DNA of 64,000 bases, taken from assembly GCA_963718525.1 (NCBI GenBank), contig OY970355.1:544001-608000 (forward strand), written 5' to 3'. The DNA comes from Candidatus Dormiibacterota bacterium. Its GTDB lineage: Bacteria > Chloroflexota > Dormibacteria > Aeolococcales > Aeolococcaceae. Made by a program: the position numbers and the translations under genes. The notes below the pieces were generated by a model that worked only from the letters and a program-made list of their open reading frames with translations, ran no database searches and had not been told where the DNA came from. Positions 19,469-29,500 of this stretch are shown here, piece after piece; position 1 is the first letter of the stretch, and each line of letters starts with the position of its first letter.

Positions 19469-20632
19469 CTACTTGATGTTCGAGTTGAACCAGGAGTTCA
19501 CCTGGCCCTCCAGGGGTCCCCAGAAGTAGGGGTCAAGCTTCTGGTACTGCGCCGGGAACGGAGGGAGTGCCGCCAGCGCGTTCACGCCGGGGACGATCGG
19601 CCAGTACAGGGAGTCACCCGATGGATCGCCTGTCTGCATGACGGCCTGGCCCTGGGCGGACAGCACGAATTGCACGAATTTCTTCGCCTCAGCCTGGACG
19701 ATCGCCGGTGCGTGCTTGTCGATGCCGATCACGGCCGGGAGCAGCGTCGAATTGGGCAGGTACACGACCTTCGGATCAAAGCCGGCGCTCTTGGGGGCCT
19801 TGAGAACCTCGCCCGTCGCCGCTGAGCTCTGGATCATCCCGTAATCAACCGCGCCGGTCTCGAGCGCGTGGAGTGTGTCGCCGTTGGTCGGATAGACGTG
19901 CAGCCCATTCGCCTTGAGCTGGGTCAGGAAGTTCTCGCCCGCCGTCACGCCATTTGTCTGGCCACCGAGCTGATCCATGAGGCCCGCGATGAATGGGAAC
20001 GTCGGCCCCGACTGGGATGGATCGTTCATACCGACCTTGCCTTTGTAGGCCGCTTGCAGAAGGTCCATGTAGCTCGCCGGCACCGCGCTCACCTTCGCTG
20101 CGTTGTAGATCACCGCTGCCATCACCGTCGTGCTGATGGGGATGTAGGAATGATCGGAGGGGACGAGCGATTGCCCAACTGTGGTCAGCGTGATCGGTGG
20201 TGCGTAGTCGAGCAGCTGGCCCTGCCTGTCGAGCGACGCGAACGCTGTATCACCGTCCACCCAGAGCAGTCCCCACTGCGGGTTGTTGGCTTCAGCTGCA
20301 ACCTTCGCGAGCAGCGGACCGGTGCTGTCGTCATCGAGCTTGACCGGGATCCCGGTGGCCTGCGTGAACGCCTTCGTGGTCACCGAGTCGTAGCCCTGCG
20401 CGGAATACACCACCAGAGGCACGGGCGCCGCAGCCGCGCTGGAGCTTCCCGCGGCTGCTGTGGTTCCACCGCACGCAGCGAGCGTCCAGCCGAAGAGAAT
20501 CCCTGCTGCGCCAAGGGAGAACACCCCCTGCCGCCGATTGCCTCTCCGCCCGCCCACCTTCGTGAGTGCCTGCATGGGCGCATGTCCTCGCGCTTCGCAA
20601 TTCATGTCCACCGTTCCTCCTGCGTCGGCCAT
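19469..20632 (-). CDS. ABC transporter substrate-binding lipoprotein (Fe3+/thiamine/polyamine class); true start probably downstream of the ORF call
   Basis: Lipobox LAAC, LVVYSA, DPSQSG, AKKFVQFVLSAQGQ. Confidence 0.85.
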   Translation of the reverse strand: MADAGGTVDMNCEARGHAPMQALTKVGGRRGNRRQGVFSLGAAGILFGWTLAACGGTTAAAGSSSAAAAPVPLVVYSAQGYDSVTTKAFTQATGIPVKLDDDSTGPLLAKVAAEANNPQWGLLWVDGDTAFASLDRQGQLLDYAPPITLTTVGQSLVPSDHSYIPISTTVMAAVIYNAAKVSAVPASYMDLLQAAYKGKVGMNDPSQSGPTFPFIAGLMDQLGGQTNGVTAGENFLTQLKANGLHVYPTNGDTLHALETGAVDYGMIQSSAATGEVLKAPKSAGFDPKVVYLPNSTLLPAVIGIDKHAPAIVQAEAKKFVQFVLSAQGQAVMQTGDPSGDSLYWPIVPGVNALAALPPFPAQYQKLDPYFWGPLEGQVNSWFNSNIK

Positions 20633-20829
20633 GAGTTCCGCCGGCTACGAAGCCCGGAACCCCGGCGAGAGCGTAGGAAACGGTGATTTATGAGCGTGTG
20701 TTGTTCCGGTTAACGACCGGATAATGCGCGATTGCGTGAGAGGTCGCTTCGCTGACTGCAATCACCATCTGCGCGAAATTCGTTGCAGCGGCGATGAATT
20801 ACGCCGCTCGCCGACCGGCGAGCAAGTGC

Positions 20830-21753
20830 CTATGGCGTCGAGAGTTGCGGTGCCCTCGCCTGCTGATTGCTCTCGCCGGAGAGCTCGCGGAGGGTCCGGC
20901 CACTCGCCCGGACGTAGAGCCAGGCGGCGCCGAGCACCAGCACCGAGACCAGCAGCACCACCCCGATCGCCAGGGTCGGCACGTTGACCAGCTTGAGCCC
21001 GGAGACCAGCAGCACCGCCGCCAGCGCACCGCGCAGGAACGCCGTCGGCGCGTACGACGAGACACTCGCACCGATCAGGACCCCGGGAAGGCTCCCGATC
21101 AGGATCGACAGCGTCAGGCCGAGCTTGAAGTCGCCGAAGACGATGTGCGCCAGCGCCGCCGAGCCCACCATCGGGATCGCCTGGGCGAGGTCGGTGCCGA
21201 CCATCTGCGAGCCTCGCAGGCGCGGGTAGAGGAAGAGCAGGAGCACGATCACCAGGGTCCCCGAGCCGACCGAGGTGATGCCCACGATGAAGCCGATCGA
21301 CGCACCGATCGCCAGGGTCGGCAGTTTCTTGATCACCAGGCGCTCGTCCCCGCGCGACGTGCCGTTGCGGTGATCGAGGTACAGCTTCAGGAGCAGGGCC
21401 ATGACCGCGATCAGGAGCACGATGCCGAGCGCGATGCTCACCACGGTCTGCACCCGGGTCCCGTGCCCGATCGATTTCAGGAAGACCACGCCGAGGAACG
21501 CCGCGGGCACCGACCCGATCGCCAGCCACCCGGCGAGGTTCCAGCGCACCGTGCCCCGGCCCGCGTGGACCGCGGCGCCGACCGGCTTCATGATCAGCGA
21601 GGCCACCAGGTCGCTCGAGACCGCGGCCAGCGGTGCGATGCCGAAGAGCAGCACCAGGATCGGGGTCATCAGCGCGCCCCCGCCCATCCCGGTGAGACCC
21701 ACGGCGAAACCGACGATCAGCCCAGCCAGCGCCACATAGAGATCGATATGCAC
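20830..21753 (-). CDS. TauE/SafE sulfite exporter family
   Basis: GLTGMGGGALMTP, GITSVGSG, MVGTDL. Confidence 0.9.
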   Translation of the reverse strand: MHIDLYVALAGLIVGFAVGLTGMGGGALMTPILVLLFGIAPLAAVSSDLVASLIMKPVGAAVHAGRGTVRWNLAGWLAIGSVPAAFLGVVFLKSIGHGTRVQTVVSIALGIVLLIAVMALLLKLYLDHRNGTSRGDERLVIKKLPTLAIGASIGFIVGITSVGSGTLVIVLLLFLYPRLRGSQMVGTDLAQAIPMVGSAALAHIVFGDFKLGLTLSILIGSLPGVLIGASVSSYAPTAFLRGALAAVLLVSGLKLVNVPTLAIGVVLLVSVLVLGAAWLYVRASGRTLRELSGESNQQARAPQLSTP

Positions 21754-22029
21754 CCCCCGACGACCCCTTCTCGAATGTTTGACGCCTTTGGATTACTTTG
21801 CCGGACGCCACCCTCTCGCGTCAACGAGCATGAGCGGATGGAAATCATTGCTTGAGGAGAACGTTCGCCCGTGGCCCGGAAGAGACCTCGGGAAGCCCAC
21901 CTCTTCACTTCAGCGCCGCTGTCGTCGCGAGTGTGCGCCATCGGACAGACGCGAAGCCGGAGGTGCGCGCAGGCTTCGAACGGGCTGAAGGGGATTCATC
22001 AACAGGGGCGCACTCCCAGGGCGGACTCA

Positions 22030-22266
22030 ATGACTACCAACCTACCCGCAACTCCGATATTGCTATGCGTCGAGTGTGGCGGTCAGCGGTTCATACCGCT
22101 CACCTTCCCGCGCGTCCGAGGAGCACCTCCTCAGTGCGATCCGGCGTTTCACCCCAGCGCAAAGTGCGTCACATGTGGTCTCTACTACTTCGGCCTACGC
22201 GCTGGTCGTGTCACCCTGCGTGGATCTGCTGTGCGACACGAAAGCGATGTCCCTGCGCTTCTCTAG
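22030..22266 (+). CDS. Small putative zinc-ribbon protein (78 aa)
   Basis: CVECG...KCVTCG motif pair; ATG 22030 is in frame with ORF 21871. Confidence 0.45.
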   Translation: MTTNLPATPILLCVECGGQRFIPLTFPRVRGAPPQCDPAFHPSAKCVTCGLYYFGLRAGRVTLRGSAVRHESDVPALL

Positions 22267-22284
22267 TCACACGAACTCTTGCAC

Positions 22285-23679
22285 TCATCTGCTCGTAGCA
22301 TCGAGCGCGCGACGGACGGCGTCCACCGACCGAATCACGTCCGTTGCATCCGTTGCCCAATTGCTCACCGAAATGCGCATCACATCCTGGTTGCGCCAGC
22401 GCGAGCCCGACATCCACACGGTTCCGTCGGCGATCAGACGCGCGGTCACAGCGCGTGTCCGCGCGTCGTCGCCGAACCGCGAGCACACCTGCGTATAGAC
22501 AACGTCATTGACCACGCTGGCGCCTGGGATGACGCCGATCCCCTTCGCCAGCGCCTGCGCATTTCGCGCCAGCCCCTCAACCAGTTCTGTGACGCCCGAC
22601 CGACCGAGTGATCGCAGTGCCGCCCATACCGGGACGCCCCGCGCACGTCGCGAATACTCGGGCACCTTCTCAAACGGGTCGCCGGGGCCTGAGTTGTCAA
22701 CGACCAGGTAGCTGGCGTGCGCCCCGAATGTCGAGCGCATCGCAACCGGGTCCGCCACGATGGCGATGCCGCAGTCGTATGGAACGTTGAGCGTCTTGTG
22801 CGCATCGGTCGTCCACGAGTCCGCACGTTCGACCCCGGTCACCAGGTGACGGAGCGATGGTGCGGCAGCCGCCCAGAGGCCGAACGCACCGTCGACATGC
22901 ACCCACGCACCACATTGATGCGCAACATCGATGGCAGCCTCGAACGGATCGAAGGCACCCGAATGCACGTTGCCCGCCTGCAGGCACACGATCTTCGGGG
23001 CTCCGGCGTCGATCGCATCCAGCGCGTCGGCCAGTGCATCCACGATGATCCGGCCCTGGTCATCGGCGGCAACCGGATGGGGACTTCCGAGGCCGAGGTA
23101 GCGCAGTGCGAGGTCGATCGTTTCATGCCGCTCGGCACCGACGAGCACGTGAATCCGCGGTGATTCACTCAGGCCGTCGGCGCCGACGTCACAGCCAACG
23201 CGCGAGAGCACCGCGCCGCGTGCCGCCGCCAGGCAGGTGAAGTTCGCCATCATCGCTCCGGTGACGAAGCCCACATCAGCTCCCGCTGCAAGTCCGAGCA
23301 ACTCGAGCAGCCAGGCGGCCGCGGCTTCCTCCGCTGCCGCGGTCGCCGGCGTGGCGAACCGCATCCCCGTGTTCTGATCCCATGCGCTCACCAGCCAGTC
23401 CGCCCCGAGCGCGGCGGGAAGCGTTCCGCCCATCACCCAACCGAAGAAGCGGCCCGACTGTATGGCCATGAGCCCGGGCTCGGCCAGCGTGGCAAGCAGA
23501 TCGACGACGTCCTCTGGTGGTGACGGCTCGTTGGGCAGCGGTCCGCCAAACGCCGTGAGCAACTCGGTCGCCGTAGCACGCGGGCCAACTGGACGCTCCC
23601 CCACGGAGCCCAGCCATGTGCGCGCGTGCTCAGCGGCGCGTGCGAGCGGTCGGTCGTAGGAATCGCGCGGAAAGGGCAT
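22285..23679 (-). CDS. PLP-dependent group II (aromatic amino acid/glutamate) decarboxylase
   Basis: RFFGWVMGG, WVHVDGAFG, SWTTDAHK (PLP lysine), SRRARG; GGAGG RBS before ATG 23679. Confidence 0.9.
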   Translation of the reverse strand: MPFPRDSYDRPLARAAEHARTWLGSVGERPVGPRATATELLTAFGGPLPNEPSPPEDVVDLLATLAEPGLMAIQSGRFFGWVMGGTLPAALGADWLVSAWDQNTGMRFATPATAAAEEAAAAWLLELLGLAAGADVGFVTGAMMANFTCLAAARGAVLSRVGCDVGADGLSESPRIHVLVGAERHETIDLALRYLGLGSPHPVAADDQGRIIVDALADALDAIDAGAPKIVCLQAGNVHSGAFDPFEAAIDVAHQCGAWVHVDGAFGLWAAAAPSLRHLVTGVERADSWTTDAHKTLNVPYDCGIAIVADPVAMRSTFGAHASYLVVDNSGPGDPFEKVPEYSRRARGVPVWAALRSLGRSGVTELVEGLARNAQALAKGIGVIPGASVVNDVVYTQVCSRFGDDARTRAVTARLIADGTVWMSGSRWRNQDVMRISVSNWATDATDVIRSVDAVRRALDATSR

Positions 23680-23759
23680 GCTCGTGCCTCCTGGTGACGG
23701 GATCACGCGCACATTTGCCGAGTGATCGATCCCATCGACCGATTATCCAGGCACAGCGA

Positions 23760-24026
23760 CTATCGCTCGGACGATTCGGGAGGTCGGAATCCGAGTTCGG
23801 CGATGCCGACGCCGAACGCCTTCGCGAGGCGGCGCCGATAGAACAGGCGCGGCAGGGTCGCGCCTGCCTCCCAGGCCTTCACCGACCGTACCGAGGCTCC
23901 GATCTTCCGGGCGAGACCGAGTTGGGTCCACTGGCTTGGGTCGGCCGCCTCGGCCTGCCGCTCGGACCGCAATTCGGCGAGCCTGCTGGGGCTATTTCGG
24001 GCCGGCCGCTTGCGCTTCTGCACCAT
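23760..24026 (-). CDS. XRE-family helix-turn-helix protein
   Basis: WTQLGLARKIGASVRSVKAWEAG...RLAKAFGV. Confidence 0.7.
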   Translation of the reverse strand: MVQKRKRPARNSPSRLAELRSERQAEAADPSQWTQLGLARKIGASVRSVKAWEAGATLPRLFYRRRLAKAFGVGIAELGFRPPESSER

Positions 24027-24285
24027 GCTGCCCAATACTGCCCGTAGGGCTGGTCCCACTGAACTGCGGCGACCATCTCGCTGCAGGGTGGTTTCACCAG
24101 CGTGACTGCCTCGCCGGTTCTGCCCCCCTCTCGGGCGCTCCGATGAATCGTCGTCGGAGCGCCTTCTTTTTGTCGCGAGGCCCTGATCCCCAGGGCCATT
24201 GGCTTGAGCGCGGCCAGCGCGGGACATGATCACCGACGTCGCGATGGAATTGGCGCGAGACCGCGTGTCCGTCTAATTCCAGTTC

Positions 24286-24815
24286 CTACGCGCTCCGAAA
24301 TGTCAGCGAATAGCCGCGACCGGGTCGATTGACCAGGTCGCAGGGAATCTCCAGACGGGCGAGGATCTTCCGGACGCGGAGCACGTAATTGCGGACTTCT
24401 TCCGGGAAGAGCGCCGCGTCCGACCAGGCGAGTCCGGTGATCTGAGCTGCTGTGTAGAAGCGATGAGGATGATCGAGGAGAAATTGGAGGAGTTCGAATT
24501 CGCGATGCGTGAGCACCGCCTCGCGTCCCTTGTGCCGTACCACCCGACCATCCGGATCCAGCCAGAGGCCCTGGAGGTCCCAGACCCGCTGATACCAGAG
24601 GTCAAGCCGGGTGTAGTACCCCGCCATCTGCGCTTCGATGAAGCGGACGTCCTCGTCGGCGGCAGCCTGGGCGACTGGATACAGCTTGGGTAACTCGCGC
24701 TGGACCCGATCGAGCAAGCCCAACTTGAAACGGATCAGGTCGTCGTAAATGCTCATCCAATGGCGGGCGTCTTCCCAGTGCTGGGTTTCGATGTCCTCGC
24801 CCTCGAGGGGCAGGG
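24286..24815 (-). pseudogene. OmpR-type winged-helix protein with an uncharacterised N-terminal domain; 5' end appears truncated (first ATG 24756)
   Basis: LTHREFELLQFL...VRNYVLRVRK...NRPGRGY. The frame continues upstream of ATG 24756 as LPLEGEDIETQHWEDARHW with no ATG/GTG/TTG start. Confidence 0.65.
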
Positions 24816-25049
24816 TATTTCGCGAGCAAGGTGATGTCCGGTAAAGGCCAGGGCGTGGTGGCGGACATCGTGGTTGGTCTCATCGGCGCCCTCGCCGGCG
24901 GCTTTCTCGCCCGCTCTCTGGGAGTGACGACGGCCTTGACGAGTCACTCGATCATCGTGGAGATTGTCATCGCGTTCGCCGGCGCAGTCATTCTGCTCGC
25001 GCTGCTGCGTATCGTCGGAGTTGGTAAGCGCCGCACCATCTTCCGGTAG
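24810..25049 (+). pseudogene. GlsB/YeaQ/YmgE (transglycosylase-associated) membrane protein, missing its first TM helix
   Basis: AGYFASKVMSGKGQGVVADIVVGLIGALAGGFL...AFAGAVILL. The family normally begins with an M..I.WIVVGLIAG-type helix, absent here. Confidence 0.7.
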
Positions 25050-25125
25050 GGTCGCACGACGCGGTCCGGCCCATGTCCTGGATCTAACCTAGCGCAATGG
25101 CTCAACAGAACACCGGCCCGGGGAC

Positions 25126-26118
25126 GTGAGCCTGCGCCGTCTCCGAAACTTCGTGGCGAGCCTGATCGGCTCCCCCTGGGTGCGATTGACGGGCAGCCTG
25201 GTCGCGGTGGCGCTCTTCGTGCACAGTGTTGATCTCCCCCAGGCGCTGCGCCTCTATGGCCATCTGGTTCCGGGCTGGACGGTCCTTGCCCTCAGCCTCG
25301 CCTCTCTCTCGGTTGTCGCAAGCGTCGCGGAGTGGGGCGTGCTGCTCCGGGGTAGCGGCCACCAGCTGGACTGGAGCTTCCTCGGTTCCTGGTACCTGAA
25401 GGGACTCTTTGTCAACCAGGTAACCCCTGCCGGGGTGGGCAGCGACGCTGTGCGCGCGCTCCAGGTCGGCAAGAGGACCGGTCACGGACCCATGGTTGCC
25501 TCCCTGGTCGCGAGCCGCATGGCGGGGACGCTGGCGATGTCGTGGTGGGCTCTTGCGGCCGCGGTCATCGCGCGCGATCAGCTCGACATCCCTGGCGTCA
25601 CCGCGTTCGTCCTCTTCGCCGCCGCGATGATGAGCGCCTGGGTGCTGGCACTGGTCGCTGAACTGGTGCGAGCGCGTATTCCTGAACACAACACCATCTC
25701 CCACGCGATAGGTCGCTTCGTTCGTCCGTTCACCAGCGCCTTCGACGGCTATCGCGGACATCCTCTGCGCACCGTCGGTCGCAGCATCGCCGCCGGGGTC
25801 GCCGCCTGGGGCTTCAACCTCTTCTCGCTGGCCGCATTCTCCTTGGCGCTCCAAAGCCACGTGTCGTGGTCGGTGTTCGCGCTGACCATGCCCGTCGCGC
25901 TTCTGGCCACCTTTGTCCCGATTTCGGCGAATGGGATCGGGGTGCGCGAAGGGTTGATCGTGCTGCTCCTGGTGCGCGCCAACATCGCGCTCGGTACGGC
26001 GACTGCGCTGAGCCTCTTCGTTGACCTGCAACTGCTCCCGTTTGCGTTGCTCGGCGGCATGGTCTATCTCGGGGAGCACCGCCGCCGCACGCACGAGATA
26101 GTGACTCGAAGCCGATGA
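25126..26118 (+). CDS. Lysylphosphatidylglycerol synthase TM / flippase-like domain protein (UPF0104)
   Basis: FVNQVTPAGVGSDAVR, PISANGIGVREG; about 8 TM helices. Confidence 0.85.
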   Translation: MSLRRLRNFVASLIGSPWVRLTGSLVAVALFVHSVDLPQALRLYGHLVPGWTVLALSLASLSVVASVAEWGVLLRGSGHQLDWSFLGSWYLKGLFVNQVTPAGVGSDAVRALQVGKRTGHGPMVASLVASRMAGTLAMSWWALAAAVIARDQLDIPGVTAFVLFAAAMMSAWVLALVAELVRARIPEHNTISHAIGRFVRPFTSAFDGYRGHPLRTVGRSIAAGVAAWGFNLFSLAAFSLALQSHVSWSVFALTMPVALLATFVPISANGIGVREGLIVLLLVRANIALGTATALSLFVDLQLLPFALLGGMVYLGEHRRRTHEIVTRSR

Positions 26119-26561
26119 GCACAATCGCGCAGGTGCGTGAACGCCCCTAGCACGTCTCAGGGCATGGACCACACTCTGCGGCGGCCACGTGGATACCCGA
26201 TCGGACGCAGCCGTTTCGGAGGGTTGTCGCGGGAGGGTGACGAGCGTCCCTGGGAAATACGAACGACCTGGCGAGCTCTGACAGTGTTGGGCACTGGTCA
26301 CGCACGGTCGCTCCGTGGTCACGAAAACTCAAACGCTCGGATACCTGGCGCTCCCGACGGTTTTGGCGGGCGGATTCTGTGACCAGTCAGATGAAAGGGA
26401 CATCGAGAGGGAACTCGCTCATGCCTCCCGTACGCGCCGCCTCACCCCTGAACCCACGGGGCGGTTTGCGGGAGTTGACCCATTGCTTCGCGCGCGCCTC
26501 GACGCTGCGCATCCACGACGAGTTGACTGCGCTGCAGGTCGACTGAACCGGAAGCGGCGTC

Positions 26562-29500
26562 ATGAGGGGGAGGGTTGTACCGGGGCCGGCGGCATCGGGC
26601 GGACGTCGGGTCAGATCTGTTGTCCCGACGCGGCATCGTGGAACGCGGGCCGTTCGCCAGATCGGCGCAACTCTCACCGCCGGGGCTCTGTCGCTGTTTT
26701 CGGGCGGTATCATCGGCCACGCGCTGTCGGTCTCGACCACGACCCTGACGTCACCGACCAATCCGTCTGTGTGGGGGCAGCCGGTTGTCTTCACCGCGAC
26801 GATCACTCCGGTCGCGCCGGCGCCAACTGGGACAGTCACCTTCCAGGACGGTGGGAGCAACATTGCCGGGTGCGTCAACCGGCCGGTCGCAGCTCGGGTT
26901 GCCACCTGCACCACCGCAGCCCTCTCGGTCGGATCGCACATCGTTACCGCTGTCTATGGCGGCAACGCCACATACTCGACCAGCACATCAGCCCCGCTGA
27001 CCCAGGTGGTCGGCACGGGATCCACGACGACGGTTGTGGCCGCATCCGTCAACCCGTCGGTGAGCGGTCAGACAGTGACGTACACCACCACGGTCAGCGC
27101 GGTCGCGCCCGCCTCTGGGAAGCGTACCGGGACGGTGGCGTTTCTGGATGGCGGCGTCGTCATCGCCGGATGCGGTGCCAAGGCTGTCACCGCCGCGGGC
27201 ACGGCCACGTGCGTCATCGCCTACCCGGGTCCGGGGACGCACACCATCACCGCGATCTACAGCGGTGATGCCAATTTCACTGGTTCGACGTCCACTGCCC
27301 TCAGCCAGACGGTGAACTCCGGCACGACCGGCGTCGTGCTCAGCTCGTCAGCAAACCCCTCGAGCACCGGCGCGAACGTGACCCTCACCGCCAACGTCAC
27401 AGCCACGGCACCCGCATCGGGGACGCGGACCGGAACTGTCGAATTTCAGGTTGGCGGCGTCGACATCGCGGGTTGCGGTGCCCAGGTCGTGCCGGCGTCC
27501 GGGAAGGCCACATGCGTGACAAACACTCTGACCGTGGGCGCGAACACGATCACCGCCATCTACAGCGGTGATGCCAACTTCGCGGCGAGCACGTCGGCGC
27601 CCTTCACGCAGACGGTCAACCAGGGCGCGACCACAACCACGGTTAAGTCCTCGCTGAATCCTTCGATTACCGGGGTCACGGTCACCTTCACGGCGACCGT
27701 CACCGCGATCGCTCCCGCATCTGGGACGCGCACCGGCACCATCACCTTCGAGGACAGCGGTGTCGCCGTCGCCGGCTGCGCCGCTCAGATCCTCGGACTC
27801 GCGGGGACCGCGACGTGCGCGACGAACGCGCTCGCAGCCGGCGTGCATACGATCACCGCGGTCTACAGCGGCGACGGCAATTTCACCGCGAGCACGTCAG
27901 CGCCACTCACGCAGACGGTGGTCAGCACGACGACGACCACAGTCGTGTCCAGCGCGAATCCGTCGGTGTTCGGACAGAGCATCCAGTACACAGCGACCGT
28001 CGTCGGCGGTCCGATAGTCACCGGGACTATCACGTTCCGCGACGGCGGTGGCAACATCGCCGGTTGCGTCGCGGTGGCGATGATCGCAGGATCCGCGTCG
28101 TGCGCCGTGTCGCCCGCGCTGGGCTCGCGCAAGATCACCGCGGTCTACAGCGGTGACGCGAGCAATGCGGCGAGCACCTCTGCGGTGATGACCCAGGTCG
28201 TCACCGCTGACCCGACCACCACGGTGGTGACGGCGACGGTGAATCCGACGGTGTTCGGCCAGCCGGTGACCTTCACCGCAACCGTGACCGCCGACGCTCC
28301 GGGATCAGGCACACCGACCGGCAAGGTTGCCTTCGACAACGGCGCGGCCGCCATCGCTGGGTGCGGCGGGGTCATGTTGATCGCCGGTGTCGCCAGCTGC
28401 ACCACCAACGCGCTGGCGGTGGGTCTGCACTCGATCAGCGGCCACTACAACGGCAGTGCGAACGATGTGACCAGCACATCACCCGTCCTGACGGAAACCG
28501 TGAACCTGGGTTCGACCACGACGGTCGTCGGGTCGTCGCTGAACCCGTCGGTGTCCGGTCAGTCGGTGACCTACACGGCGACGGTCACCGTCACCGCGCC
28601 GGCAGCGGGCATTCCTGTAGGCACGGTCGACTTCGAAGACGGTGGCGTCACCATCGCGGGGTGCGCCGCGACGGCACTGAGTGCCGCTGGTACCGCTGCG
28701 TGCTCATTCGCATATGCCGGGTCCGGGCCGCACGCGATCACGGCGATCTACTCGGGTGGCATCGATTTCGCGGGCTCGGGATCGCCCATGTTGACGCAGA
28801 TCGTCAACCCGGCGTCGACGTCGACTACTGTCGCATCGTCGGTGAACCCGTCGGTGGCCGGCCAGTCGATGACCATCACCGCGTCAGTGAGCGTGATCGC
28901 CCCCGGAACCGGGAGGCCAACAGGCACGGTGATATTCCAGGACGGCGGCGTCACGATCACGGGTTGCGCCGCCGAGGCGGTGTCGGCCGCGGGCACCGCG
29001 TCGTGTGCAGTGTCGTTCGCCACAGTTGATGCGCACCCGATCGCGGCTGTGTACAGCGGCAACTCAAACTTCAGCGGCTCGACGTCGCCGATCCTCACGG
29101 AGACGGTCAACCAGGGCGCGACGGTGACGGTGGTGACCTCGTCGGTGGATCCATCGGTCTCCGGTCAGACTGTGATCTACACCGCGATTGTCACCGCGAC
29201 CGCGCCGGCCGCTGGCACCCCGAGCGGAACGTTGACGTTCATGGACGGCGCCACCACCATCAGCGGCTGCATCGCGCAGGCAATGGTCGGCGGCGTCGCA
29301 CCCTGCACGATCGTCTACGCCGGAGTCGGGGTGCACGCGATCACCGCCGTCTACAACGGTGATCCCAACTTCACGACCTCGACGTCTCCCGTCCTCACGC
29401 AGAGCGTCAATCAGGGAGCGACGTCCGCCCTGGTGACCTCTGCGGCGGATCCCTCGGTGTCCGGTCAGGCCGTCACGTATATGGTGACAGTCACCGCTGT

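Noticed and set aside
17858-19825. 655-aa plus-strand ORF, and other long antisense ORFs such as 9835-11142, 3787-5025, 7876-9156 and 51399-52790
   Set aside because: They lie antisense to well-supported genes, are Arg/Gly-rich and have no motifs, as expected from high-GC codon bias.
4565-21753. Sulfoglycolytic transaldolase pathway (transaldolase plus TauE)
   Set aside because: The genes are 15 kb apart, and no sulfoquinovosidase or sulfolactaldehyde dehydrogenase is present.
26119-26561. Long leader before the 15-Ig gene as an ncRNA or small gene
   Set aside because: No recognisable RNA motif or convincing ORF.
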